Assembly: GCA_973895155.1 (NCBI GenBank)
Contig: OZ316894.1
Span: 4,674,944 to 4,738,943 of the forward strand
DNA: 64,000 nucleotides
Direction of reading: 5' to 3'
Source: Marsupella aquatica
Lineage: Eukaryota; Plantae; Marchantiophyta
The position numbers were made by a program, and so were the translations under genes. Shown one piece after another: positions 11,391-24,716 of the stretch. Below the pieces are notes generated by a model. It did not search any database, was not told where the DNA came from, and was given only the letters and a program-made list of their open reading frames with translations. The stretch's first letter is position 1. Every line of letters begins with the position of its first letter.

Positions 11391-14300
11391 ACCTCAAATC
11401 AGAGTGCACCTCGTGAGCGAAGGATCCATGGTTTGTCCCCCGTGGACATGGTTTGGATCATTTTCAAGTCTGCGAGCTATCATTTCCTTAGCAGGAGTCT
11501 GATATAAGTTTATCAAGTGCAGAAATGTCAAATTAATTATGGCTCACAACATTCGCTGTCTCCTTTAATTTGGAAAATTTGTTTGGAGAGATGATCCCTT
11601 CCATTGTTCCAAATTACTAATTTCAGCTCCGCAAGTAAGTGGGAAGAGGATTGAACTGTTAGTGACACCCCAATGCCAGAATCCGAAATCTTATCTATCA
11701 CCTGAAATACACAAAAGTCTTTCACGCTGTATAAAGAGTAATCTTCAATCAAAATAAGTCGTCACAAAGCTCATTGCACTCGGTGGTTTAAATGTTTCTG
11801 TCAACAAACCCTTACTCTGTACTCCATTATCTGATTCTGCAGGGTGGTCACATAATGTCACGGCATGTTGAGCTGGCCAGTTAGGCATGTGCAATTGTCA
11901 TTGTCATGATCAGTACGAAATAAATCCAGGTGATCTTTTCTTGGATGAATGAGCAAGTGAAGCCTCCTGTCACTCAGTCTAAAATCAGGAAAACTGATCA
12001 GTGGTGTTCACGATGTATAGTAGGTTCAGACTCATCACTCAGTCTGAACTTTTCAAGTGCTGGGTAGCACCTTTGAAAGGCAATTGGATCTCATACTGGC
12101 ATTGTTCTAAAGAAGATACTACAGACCTTGTGACGACAACGGTCTTGTCAGTGTTACCGTGCAATAGGGGAATAACGACTTTTATCAAACCCTGGCTGTC
12201 GAAGTCCTTTCACCCGAATCAATCGTCTTCAATTCATGACAACATTAGCCCGGGGAGTTTTCACTTGAAGTTGAACAATGTCAGTACTCTTTACCGTGAG
12301 TGTGTGTTCTGCTTCTGTAACTCCTGCCACAATGTAGCTTGCCGTAATTTGCATTTAAAAAGTACTTCCCTGGAGAAGTAGGATGAAGTCCTTATCAGGG
12401 ATTTGAAGCAACTCTTGTTCATATCCACGGAGGGCTGCACGGAACTCTTACCCCTCACTGCGTTTTGGGTGTTAAGCCTCTTACTTTTCCTATGCGTGTT
12501 GGCCATCCTGACAGGGAGACAGAAACTGACTTTTCCGAGTTCATTCAACTTGGCAGGATGCAAGCTTAGGGTAGCGAGCCCAACTTGGATTGAAAATACC
12601 TTTTGAATGCGAAGTTTCTATATTAGAGTTTCAATGCTCTTCGGGACTGTTTCAAGTGTTGTGCCTATTTCTTATGGCTCAAGTGAAATTGTTCAGGTGT
12701 ACCAGTTAAGAGACTGTTCCAAGTGTTGTGCCTGTTTTTTATGGCTCAAGTAGATTGTTGATGTGTACCTGTTAACATGTTCGGGGATCTGATGACAGTA
12801 CACTGGACACTGGGAGTTGATTGCATGCTGGTGGTGAAGTACATTGACAACTAAACCAACCGTCTAGTAGTAATTGCTAGATGTGGCTGTTCATGGAAAA
12901 ATTTGCCCAACTCAAAGAATCTGTGGAACTCACAAGACTCTTTGATAGCATTGTGGGGATGACAATCATGGGCGCTATATCCAGGCCTGATGATGAACTC
13001 TAATCCCATGCCAAACGAGCTGTCTACATTAAACTCTAGTCAAAGACTTCCTGTACTTGGGGCAAGCAGTGCAGTGGCCAAAAGTTGTTGCCTATGCCTG
13101 TCAGCAATAGGGCGTCTCAAAGCTACATAGCTAGAGGTGATGGCTTTTGACCCTAAAAATGGTCATATTTTTTTCACTAGCCTCTAGAGTGACTTATGTC
13201 ATGGCAAGTGACAAATCTTTATGGCAAAAAAGTTATCCATCATTCATGGATTTGGTAATCCATGACATTTCTGTACATATCCCTGAGTTAAGCTCCATCA
13301 AATTTTGAGGTTCCAGACCCCCTAATATGCCTAACTTTGTGTTAGACTGGATCCCTCACAAGGTCCGGTGGGACAAGCAAAACTTACCAAAGTGGTGTTG
13401 TAAGCATGCCGCATTCCCGGTGTTTTGCAAGATGCCGTCATTCGTTAGTTGTTGACTACATTCACACCCAAGATGCTCAAACTTAGAAGGTCAGCCATCC
13501 ATTTGTACTGGCAGAGCTTATCATACTGTAAATTTAATTTAATTGACAATGATTTAAGTGGAACCTTTGTGCTGAAGCTTTTGGACCCTAATTCATGCCT
13601 TAGTCTGCCTCCCATGACCAGGGTGTTGTCCAATCAAGGTTTTCGTTTTTCACCAGAAGATCCAGGAATATTCCTTACCTACTCTTCTAACCAAAAGTCT
13701 AGCAAAGATTTTCCAAAAGTATTTAGAGGTGGAATCTAGCACATTTTCACCAAAAGCCTATCCAATCCTCTTGTGGAGAGTCAGTTATTCAAAACCAAGT
13801 AACAGTTGGTCCAAGGCTACTGTAGACACAGGAAAGAACAAAATGAAAAACTACTGTAGTGAAGGAACACATGAAATACCCCCCTCTCCCCAAACCAAAA
13901 ACAAAAAACCGAAGAAAAAAAACCAAAATACCAACAAACAAATGTCACAGTTGCTGACCCAAGAAATCTGGACCCTTAGGGATACACCTGACATAGAGGG
14001 AGAGCCCTACCATCTAGTTGGAACACCGCGGGCAGACTATGTTATCACTATCCTTATACACAACTTGGGATGAATCGGTGCATTGGCTCAATGTTTCACC
14101 AAAGGCCTCTAAGTAAGCTCTTGGACTTCACTAGCTAAACTATTGGATTTAAGAATAAACAGGGTATAGCACGTTTTGGTAGTGTACAATCCTGGGGTAA
14201 TGCAAGTTACTACTACTCAGAAAAAAATATGTAACTAAAAAGTGATTGAGTGATAGCCAAATACACAGCCGGGTAAGGGTGACTGGTGTTACTTTACAGG

Positions 14301-15581
14301 AATTATTGTCAACCATATACAGTCAACCCACATATGCATGAAGAGTTTAGGGTTTAGGACGACAAGATTCCTCAGATAAAAGACTCATTCAAGGGGAGAC
14401 AACGAAAAGGCCAAATAGCCAGAAGGATCCAGTGTAGAAGCCCAGCACAAGAACAACCAAGGACACAAAACCCTATTCTTGACCTATGGGCAAACTGAAG
14501 AGCCTGGTAGACCTCCTCCATAAAGTGCAGGGGAGGTCAAACAAGGAAACCTTACTAGAGGCCCTAAACCAACCACTTCACCCCACCCAATAAAGGAGAC
14601 AAAACAAAGGAAAAACCCAAGGAAGACCAGTTTCACCCCAAAATGTAAAAATGAAAATCAAGATTTTCATCATGACATTATAAATAAACAAGTTGTACAA
14701 ATATGCAATATGGTCCATAGAAGTCCCTGGACCAAGCGTTTTGGTCCATCGGGGCTTGAATCGCCTTGGGAAGCGGACAATGAGAAAGGTCAAATAAACC
14801 ATTCTTCCGTGTTTTCTTGTTGCTAGTTGACTCGAAGAGCCACCAGTCCACCACTCCAGCTGTTGATTCCTCGTTCCAGACAAAATTCGTGCCAGGGTTG
14901 CTTGTCCACGTGGATGGGCAGGCTGACGTCTAGTGTGGGCCCCCACCTTTGTCACCCACTCCTGCCCGCGGGCTAATAAACAAAGCTCGGGCAAGGGCAG
15001 AGGGCCCTCCAGTGGTGGACCTGAAAGAAGGGTAGTTTTTAAGGTTGTTATTTATTCGCCAAGCTTGCTCAGCAGGTTTCTTATCTAGTGTGGTTTTATT
15101 AGACTGAGTTTTGATCCTTATTAGACTACCATAAATTGGAAGATGACTGTCAGATTGTGACTGATAATGGGGCCGGTGGCTACTGTAGGTTGGAAAGTGA
15201 TTAATTAAGACAACAGAAGAAGCCTAGATAGAGTAGCTTATTTTTGGCAAAAGTCACAACCATTTTTCAGTCACGTGGAATTTGACAAGTTTTGGGCTCA
15301 AAAACAATTTCGCACACAGCTATTTCTTTGCCCATTGTTCTTATCCTAAAATTGACTGCTGTATCTGGGTCGCCTATGTACTAATCGGCGGGTGATGGAG
15401 TCATGATGGAATTTATATTTTCCTTGTTAACCCTTTAATAACATTTAGTGCCATTTCACACACATTTTGCGTTACAAGTTGAATTCTTATGGACCACTCC
15501 TCCTGAATGATGCGATCTGATGGACCAAACTAAGAAAATATTTTGGGGTCCTTGTGAATCCTTGAAAGAAAGTTGTCAGAC

Positions 15582-15816
15582 TAAATTTTGGAACACTCTA
15601 GCGTCCTGGTGTAAACACTGACCTTTCAGTTGATATTGTCGTTTAAAAATTGAAAACTGGAAGCAGCAAAATGATATTCTGACCTTAGTTGTTTCTTACT
15701 AAATTTTGGAACATTCTAGCATCCTGGTGTAAACATTGACCTTTCAGTTGATATTGTCATTTAAAAAATTGAAAACTGGAAGCAGCAAAATGATATTCTG
15801 ACCTTAGTTGTTTCTT
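15582..15816. repeat. ~118-bp tandem duplication
   Basis: TAAATTTTGGAACA...GACCTTTCAGTTGATATTGTC...CTGACCTTAGTTGTTTCTT x2 with few substitutions. Confidence 0.9.
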
Positions 15817-17665
15817 GGAATGAAAAGTAATTAATATTTTGCACAGGTACTGCTTGAACCAAGATCACACGACGATAGGACAGAGGTCAAAGTGAGTGCC
15901 CAATCAAGTCAAGGATTTTCAATGTGATTGGAATTGAAGTAAATTGATTTACTGGAAAGCTCATTCGATGTCCTTTCTGTCGACGTAAAATGGATCTTGA
16001 GATGTTGAGCAGTTGCCACTAAATCTAGTTCAAAATTGCCTCTCTTTTTTTCTTCTTCTGCGTAGTCCAACAAATGATTATCCCCAACCAACGGTTAGAT
16101 TTGGGGGTACATGGTACCGTTTTCTACTCTTTAGTATAAAAGTAGTAACAGAGACAATTCTACATTTAGATGCTCGCTATCCCCCTTGTGAAAGTCTATC
16201 CAAACATATCCACAAACTTTGGGGTCTATCTGGGTATCATTTATCTCCAGTCTCCTTCTTATTTCCAAAGAATTGGATCTCCAACAACAAAACAACAAAT
16301 TGCATCTCCTGCCAGCATGTCCGTGCCTCTTCCATTCGGGTACAGCCCGTCCAATCATCCCGTGGCAAACGAGGCAGAAGGCAAGCTTGGTTGTGAAAGC
16401 CTATCCATAGTCTATCCAAGCACATCAACAAGCTTTCAGGTCTATCCAAAACATCATTTCTCTCCATTTTTTGGATTCTTCTCAACGCCATTTACGACTT
16501 TTCTCTTTGTAACTTCAGGGCATTGCTGAATGAACTCCGTCAAGATTTTCCTCTCCTTTTACAAAAATCCTTAAATTAAAAATATCTAAGGCCTTTAAGA
16601 GTATTAAGTACTACTACCAAAGCATTATGGGACACAGTGCCCTCCAAATAAATAAATTATAGCCATATAACCGCAATCCAAACAATGCTTCTCGGGTAAA
16701 ACAATTCAAAAATTAAAAACATCAAAAAGTTATTTCTTGGCCTAATGTTTACAGTGAAGTCTCTAGACTTGGGTGCAAACAAAAAAAAACAAGGATAGAG
16801 GCAAGTATAAAAGACAAATAACAGAGAATCTATTTTTTTTGGCAAGGCCTTTTTTTGTAATCACCTCTATTTAACTTCAGCGAGCAGGTAATCAAGCTAA
16901 AATATACACAAAATTGGATTTCCAACACCAAAAAACCGCATCTCCCGCCCGCATGTCCGTGCCGCTTCCGTTCGCCCAATCCGACCGTCCGATCACTAAA
17001 CAGCCAGCAGACGATCAGGATGGCTCGCGTAAACCCAGCCCCGTGGTATATATATGCTGCGCAAATCTCGCTCCCGCAACTCCGAAAAGTGTATCTTCTC
17101 ATTCGTCACGAGGCACCGATTTTCTCTGTTCGCCCTCAGTCTCCTCCAGTCACTGCTCCTCGAGTGATCGCGTCTCCGCAGCCACTCGAGCGCTTTCTGT
17201 GGAGAATCGCTCGACCGCTGCACGCACTGCTGGGGCCACGCATTCGAGCGACCGAGCAGGCGAAGCGAAGCGAAGAGAGGGATTTCAGTCTCTGTTTCTG
17301 TGGAAGAATCGCTCGCCCCATGTGGTGGGGTCTTCGTTGAGCCTCTCTCTGCTGGAGCCAATTCTCGCGTCGGTAGGGTTTGAATTTTCGAGTACGCACG
17401 ATTGCTCGGCGTCTAAAGACATTGCGGAATCTGTAGGGTAGCAGTGGGGGAGGGGAATTCTCGATTCGGGGTAGCTGGTTTTGTAATCTCGAGCTCCTGC
17501 ACTCCCTCACTCCGTCGCTATCGCTTCGAATTTCTCGCAAATTAGGTTTTCCGCATTGGGAGCTGGGTGTCGTCTTCGCTCGGCGTTCGGCGGGGGTTTG
17601 ATTTGATCGATTGGAAAGGGACGGCGAAGGTTTGGTGATTGCAAGAGTGTGAAGAAGAGCGAGCT

Positions 17666-20182
17666 ATGGCGACGGCGCTGAGAGGAGTGGTGGAGTGTGT
17701 CTCGAATGTTGGCAGCTTTCATAGCGGTCATTTGGCTGCGACTAGTGAATGGCAGAACGTTGCTGCTTCATTGAAGCTTGGATGTGGCAAGGGCTGCGAG
17801 CTCGCACCTCTGCGGCGCCCAACTTCCGCCCGCCGTGGTTGGCCTTCTGCCGAGCCGCTGTGCACGCTGAGCTCACCGAACTCTGTGAACAACGTGAATT
17901 CGTGGAATGCGAAGCCGATCCTTCCGGACCCGAAGGTGTGGAACGGGAACGGTTCAGTTCTCAGCAGCAGTGGGTCTAGAGCCCTCCATGAGATGGGGAT
18001 TCGGGACTCGAGGTCTGATAGCCGTCTCCGTATCTTCTCTGGAACCGCCAACCAGCAGCTCGCCCAGGTCTTGCTCCTTCCGCCGCCCTTCGTAGGTCGG
18101 TATAGGCGTAATTGAGTTCATGCCATTCACCTATCTCTCTCTGTCCGCTGTCCGCCGAGTCTTTACATTCTTTCTCTTGTGCCAACCATTCGATATGTGA
18201 CCGTTCGCTGCCGTAAACTTTGTTGTGTGTATGGGGAACTAAAACGGAAGTGAACGGGAACAGGAAATTGCGTGCTACATGGGGCTGGATTTGGGGAAGG
18301 TTACCATCAAGCGCTTTGCCGATGGGGAGATTTACGTGCAGCTACAGGAGAGTGTGAGAGGTTGTGATGTGTATTTGGTGCAGCCCACTTGTCCTCCGGC
18401 CAACGAGAACCTCATGGAGTTGCTGGTGATGATAGATGCTTGTCGACGTGCCTCGGCCAAGACCATCACCGCTGTCATTCCTTACTTCGGTTATGCTCGA
18501 GCTGACCGCAAGGTATTCCAGGTTTATGGTGTATTTCCTCCTGCATTTCAATTCTTACCACTTTATGTCCCGCCTCGTGTTGGTTGGTCTAAAAGAGAAT
18601 TTCATTTCCCTACCTCTTCGCAGGAACGACAATCTGTTGCCAATAGAAACTGAAAATTGAAGAGGGGGTGGTTCCCACAAGGGGCGTTGCCTCAGAAACT
18701 TTTCATTCAATCATGGTGGGCATTCGTAGGCTTCTCGGTGGAAGCGTTTGACAAGTAACAACTTCCTCGAGAGACCACCAAAGTACTGAATCTCTGCTTT
18801 TGTAAATTTTTACAGACTCAAGGGCGAGAATCGATTGCGGCTAAGCTTGTTGCGAACATGATTACCAAAGCTGGGGCCAACCGTGTGCTGGCTTGTGATT
18901 TGCATTCTGGACAGGCGATGGGCTACTTCGACATTCCCGTTGATCATGTGTATGGACAGGTTCATCTCAATTCTTTCCGCGACGCATTTATTCACGTGAT
19001 TTTTGGTTTCTAATGTTGTATGTTTGACCTTTGCGTTGTTGTGATATCCCGGGAGAACAACTTCAAATTATTACTTTAGCTGATCATTCTTCTGTTTCTC
19101 TTACAGCCCGTGATTCTGGACTACTTGGCTAGCAAGATGATCTCTGCGGAGGACCTTGTAGTTGTGTCACCTGATGTTGGGGGTGTTGCACGGGCCCGAG
19201 CCTTTGCCAAGAAGTTATCTGACGCTCCTCTCGCAATTGTGGACAAGAGGCGTCAAGGCCATAACGTGTCTGAGGTGATTCTCCAATTACTCATTACCCG
19301 TCCACATCGCGAAATCTCCCTGCAGAAGTTTTCTGGTGCAGACCGCTCCAGAAGTTCTTTTGAGTATAATAGCAATTGGAATTATCAAGTGAAAATTGGA
19401 AGTATGAAGCTATGTTTAGGATTGCTCTGGCTGCGCGCTAACGGACTCAAATGAGTTGTGCGAACACAGCATTTGGTTCTCAACACGTTTCTTGCGCTTT
19501 TCCAGGTAATGAACTTGATTGGCGATGTCAAGGGGAAGATTGCTGTGATGGTGGATGACATGATTGACACAGCTGGTAAGCATTTGGTGAATTGAATGAA
19601 TTCGATGACGCTGAAGCATTGTCACTGATTCACGCTTCTCGTAGGTCCGTGTTAAACTTCCCTAGTTAGTGGGAAAAGGGACGGATGTTTTTCAGTTGTT
19701 GAATGACCGTTTTGGAAGATGCTTTGATGTTGATTCAGTGTTACCTTGTGAAACAGGAACGATTGCAAATGGAGCAGCCCTTCTTCACCAAGAAGGTGCA
19801 CGAGAAGTTTACGCGTGCTGTACTCACGCCGTATTCAGGTGAGCTGCAGGTTTTGCTGATTTTATTATAGTGGAAGAGCTTGATGGAATTGTAGGATTGC
19901 TGCTTGAGCCGTCGATGATCGTATCGATACGTCGAGCATATTTCGTTTGGTAATCGCGAGAACTTATATTACTTCTAACTGGGTGACATTTTGATATGCA
20001 GTCCTCCTGCCATTGAGCGACTATCTGGAGGGCTATTCCAAGAAGTGATCATCACCAACACGATTCCTGTGACCGAAAAGAATTACTTTCCACAGCTGAC
20101 AGTTTTATCAGTGGCCAATCTTCTCGGTGAAACTATCTGGAGGGTTCATGATGACTCTTCCGTTAGCAGCATTTTCCGATAA
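17666..20182 (+). CDS. PRS: Ribose-phosphate pyrophosphokinase (class I PRPP synthetase) with a plastid transit-peptide-like N-terminus; exons 17666-18067, 18264-18512, 18816-18959, 19107-19274, 19506-19575, 19757-19838, 20002-20182
   Basis: Motifs [67 protein letters not shown] (PRPP binding), CTHAVFS, ITNTIP. All introns GT-AG. Ser/Ala/Arg-rich N-terminal extension. Confidence 0.97.
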
Positions 20183-21740
20183 AGCTCGCTTTATGGTTTA
20201 TTGGAGTATATATCTTGCCTTGAGGAAGGGAAGAAAATTTTGTAGCTTCTATTCTTTTCCGAGTTTAGATATTTGGAAGAACCATCACGGAGAATTCTTT
20301 TCGCATTTCAGAGAAACAAGTCTGGAAGGAGTGATACATAAAACAGGAAATACCTAGACAAACACATTTTTGCAGCTCAGAGGTTTTTGTTAGTCATTTG
20401 TTCATGATACTCATATTCAACGAAACCCTTCACTTGGGAATTCTATATCATTTCATTTATAATCATCCACGGATGTTGTGGAGTTTCAACTCTGTGAACC
20501 TGTAGCTGGACCACGATCCTTAGTGGTTACATGGCATGCAATAAGTTTTGCACATGGTAAACTGTCTTTGATCCATGTATTTTAGTTATTTCAGCCAAGA
20601 CTTCGGTCGTCAATAATGGAGCGCTATCAACTCACTCTGTCGACTCTGTGAACTGCCTTTCAGTTCGCTTAATTGGTTTTGAAACGGCTCAAAGCGTGGA
20701 ACATGTTATGCTGTGAAATTTGTATGGGAGAGAACATGGCTGCCTGGGTTCTTCCAGTGATGAAGCGGTTCAGAACCGTTGATGTTCATCTTTAGAAAAT
20801 GTGTAATGACAAGATTGGGGCTGGATTGTTTGTTTTGGGGCTGGATTGTTTGTTTTAGAAAGTTTTCTTGCCTGTGCACAGCGTTATCTGCCTCTGAGTT
20901 TTCTAATTGCTTCCTTAATGTCCGTGTAAGGGAAGTTATTTACGAGCGCACGCGAAACCGATATGAGACACACCGGTGTGCTCGACGGATGAAAGGGGAC
21001 CGACTGCACTTGGGGATTCACCAGCGGGGCACACTCTCACCTAGTGCTCAATGTATGGAAGAACAGTTCTTGTACTAAATTGGGAGATATACTCGTCCGT
21101 TGGTTCCTGTGCAAAGGGATTACAGTGAAAAGCATTGCAGTTGACACAGAAATCTTCCAATCGTTCATTTCACTTTGAATCAGGCGACAGTACTAGAGTA
21201 ATTCGAGTCTCATTCATCCTTCGAAATTCATGTGTTCTTGTTATCTTTTACTATGACGAAAGACAACAGACCGTGCTAGATTCTCCAGGTTCGAAGTCTT
21301 GATTTAACCAGTTGTAGGGATCTTCAAACAACGCTTGCCCGCTACAAGCAAGAAGTACTACACTAGCGATCTTGAAAGGTCCCACGCATAAGCGCTTGCT
21401 CCGTAGCGCTGGATCTACTGTTCAGATTACTGTGGTAAAGTGGAGTGAAACATCCCTAAGAAAAATAACTACGAGCATAGGGCAAATCGAGGAAACTTGG
21501 GTATGCATATATTATGTACAACATCCACTTAGACTTTCTGTATCCAAATACTGAAAATAGCCACAATCAAGCTAGTTGAACTTAGCCGTATCCATGGCGC
21601 AACTATGAGATCCTAGGAGCTGCCGCGGAGATTCTCCTCTTTAGTAACTGTCGGTGACTACAATTCCTCAAACGAAGAACTGTGGTTGTTGCCTTCCTGA
21701 GGAGTCCATTAAGTGTTGGGACATGGGGCCATATGTCTTG

Positions 21741-23072
21741 TCAAAGCTCGATAGGACACATGCAAGGAGGCCATGTATAGGGGATGAAACAATTTGCTTT
21801 TTGCCACACAATCATGTTGTTCTCCCCACCAAATCCTTTGCTTCGAATATAAATACGTCTTCCGTTCTCTTCGCCCGAATGTACTACCGCTAACACTTCA
21901 TCGCCTACATGTTCGACGGCCTCAACCTCGTGATCGAAATAATTTGGACTACTTGGTTCAAACAAATTTGAATGCAGAGTCGCCCACGAGTTTCTCTCCA
22001 AATCGAAGACCTGAACACCTCGTCGACTGATCGAATGGAATTGTCCACGTGCTATAAAATAGCGTGTCCAGCTTGTCCCAAGCTCCTCCGCAAATTCAGT
22101 GGCCGTTCTCCACTCATTTTTTCCTGGATTATAAACATCCACAAAGAGCGACAGCACGTGGTCTCGATAGTCATTGCTTACGGTATACACAAACAACTCA
22201 TCTCCTCGGGCTGTTACAAGAGTAGTATGATATCTCCCTCGCGGCGTTGGCTTTAGTTGCGACCAAGTGTCTATCTTGGGGTCATAAACTTCGCCATCCA
22301 AAATACTACCTTCGATGCCACCGAAAACATAAATCTTCCCATTTAAAAAGCCCACCCCGTACTTTTTTCTACTTTGGAGCATACTTGCACACTGTTTCCA
22401 TTTCCTCTGCCTAGCAATATTGAACACATATACGTCATTCGAGTAATTGTTCACATATACCCAATCTGGTGCATCACGTATCTTCGCCGATCTCATAACA
22501 TATATTTGTCCATCCATTGAGATGCATTTGATGAAAATGTTTACGAACGGGTCCCAGTGACCATCAAAACGATTTGGAAAAAGGGGAAGTTGAAAACAGC
22601 GATTGCCTGTGATGGAGTAGAGGGTCAATCCGTATTCACTGTAACGGTTAGTAACAATCGCAACAAGGGTTTCAGTTGACCGAGCGCGAATCCTGGCATC
22701 ATAAAGTTCGGGACCGCGAATTGCTCTTTGCCAGGTACGACTTACTGACGATAAGATGTAAAGCGATGTCCATGGCAATTTTGGAGTAATTTCGCACAAG
22801 GTAATATCATCCAGGACTTCTGGAAGCAGTTCCTCATCCGGTTGTTCCTCTAGTCTCCAAAACCTTTCCTCTAACGCCAGTAGCTTTTCCTCCAATCCCA
22901 AAATCATTCTCGTTAAGCTCGAAAGCCTCTCGTTCCGAGGAGCTGCAGTCATTGGATTGTTTCCCGAAGGTTCCTCACCGAATTGCTCTAATCTCCAGAA
23001 TCTCTCATCGGTTCGAGTGCCGTCACCCATTGTGTTCAATCCCTTATTTTCACTTATGGCGTCGATGCTCAT
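21741..23072 (-). CDS. F-box/kelch-repeat protein (intronless CDS) with N-terminal heptad repeat, paralogue A
   Basis: 443-aa ORF. F-box LLPEVLDDITLCEITPKLPWTSLYILSSVSRTWQRAI; kelch LNGKIYVFGG...EVYDPKIDTW, VYNPGKNEW, FDLERNSW. Confidence 0.92.
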   Translation of the reverse strand: MSIDAISENKGLNTMGDGTRTDERFWRLEQFGEEPSGNNPMTAAPRNERLSSLTRMILGLEEKLLALEERFWRLEEQPDEELLPEVLDDITLCEITPKLPWTSLYILSSVSRTWQRAIRGPELYDARIRARSTETLVAIVTNRYSEYGLTLYSITGNRCFQLPLFPNRFDGHWDPFVNIFIKCISMDGQIYVMRSAKIRDAPDWVYVNNYSNDVYVFNIARQRKWKQCASMLQSRKKYGVGFLNGKIYVFGGIEGSILDGEVYDPKIDTWSQLKPTPRGRYHTTLVTARGDELFVYTVSNDYRDHVLSLFVDVYNPGKNEWRTATEFAEELGTSWTRYFIARGQFHSISRRGVQVFDLERNSWATLHSNLFEPSSPNYFDHEVEAVEHVGDEVLAVVHSGEENGRRIYIRSKGFGGENNMIVWQKANCFIPYTWPPCMCPIEL

Positions 23073-24716
23073 CTTCTATGTCAGCGAAATCCCTCTCTGT
23101 TGCAAATCCGGTGCTGGATCTTATGCGCTATACTATTTCGGAAAATGAGCTCCGGCTTCCTTAAAAAAATCAGCCCCACTAGCGACAAATGGGCGTTGTT
23201 CTCAAGTTAGATTACGAACCAACGCTTTCGGAATGAGTGTTTGACCTCATTTGAAATTGATGTCTACAGTTATTAATATCTACTACACAGAGTGAGCGCG
23301 CACATGGAAATTGCTCTCGGAATCTTTCTAAGAACAGTCCTGAATCGAGGCTTTGCTACATGCATGAAAAGGAGGAACGAGAAAACAAAGAAAAGACAGC
23401 AAAGTCTACGTCTAAGTCTCTTAAAGTCATCGATAAGCTCCACTTCTCAAACTAGCACTCACAGTCAACAATAAATTTTATATACACGACACCTGACTTT
23501 TGATACGATAAGCAATTGACCTCAGGCACGAAATTTACCTGCTGATAGATTTACTTTGATTGTGACTCAGATTTGTAGAAGACGAGGCGGTGATATGTTC
23601 TGCACGCTGTACGTGAGCAGCCGGAAGAAAATGAAAGGACCTCACCTCGATGAACAGTCCTTAATTTGTTAGCTTGATGGGGAGACGAAGTGAATGCAGT
23701 TGAAGCTGAAACTGGAAAGTTACACGGGTAGACAGTCTCTGCACGAGAGTCTAACGTTACCGGCTGCATTATATTAAAATTGCAGGTCGGATGATCCACA
23801 CTATTTACTCTCCCTTTTTATCGAGAAAACATTGGAGACGTGCTACTGTAGTATGAGGAAATTCAACGGACATGCAGACAGTCTACCTAGCCAGAAGGCG
23901 AATAACCACTCAGAAAATACTTAGGGGAACCAATTGAGGTCTCCTACACAAAATTCTTGATATCAATGAGAAGAAGGATTTGAAGTTGATTGAAACGAAC
24001 AGCGCCGCAGTCGACCTTCCGTGTCCCTCACGGAGTACCTGTCAATTCGCGTGTTTCGCGTTTCACCTTCCCACGTATTGCTTGGTTTCTCCACCGAGGA
24101 TTAACATGCCAGCGATAGGTTAGTTGTTGAGCCGAATAATATCCATTGCCGACCTGATCGATGTCATTTCGACTTCCAGACTTTCATGGCTGTTCACACC
24201 TTGCTGTGGAATATTTCTCAGGGGTCAGAACTTGTATATGCATATCAACAGATGGCCAATGCGCCTCCAGTACGTCACTTGCGTATCAGAAGCTGAACGC
24301 GACATAGCGCGTGTTACTTGAAGCACTTAGATTCTGAGAGTACCATAAAAGAGGAGTTCTTCCCGGGGTTCTTCCTTATCTACCGTGCTTCTGACAAGTG
24401 TGATTGGGTTCTCCATCACCTTATTCTAGGTGTATTCGTATCCAAGGGAACCGTGTGAGGGATCCTACCTAGTTAAGAGCTCTCACTGCAGAAGGCAGAC
24501 TGAGCGTTCCCGAGGAGCGGATTTAACTGAGCATCTTCTGAGAGCATTTCTTAGTTAACTGTAGTCAAATGGACGTCAAGGATCTTCAGATCCATCAAGT
24601 ATAGCTTGGCAAATTGGATCTGTCTGCGACTCAGCTGAGATTGTGCTTTGTTGTAGATCGACTCTCTTCTTCGTGCTTGCAGCCTTGATCGAGAGAGAGG
24701 GTAACAACCTACGACA

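Noticed and set aside
14846-15020. 10-bp inverted repeat GTCCACCACT / AGTGGTGGAC as a possible MITE
   Set aside because: Too short to be significant in 64 kb, does not extend, no TSD.
16914-17540. Overlapping 106-175-aa ORFs upstream of PRS
   Set aside because: GC-rich promoter/5'UTR, non-ATG or uninformative starts, no recognisable protein.
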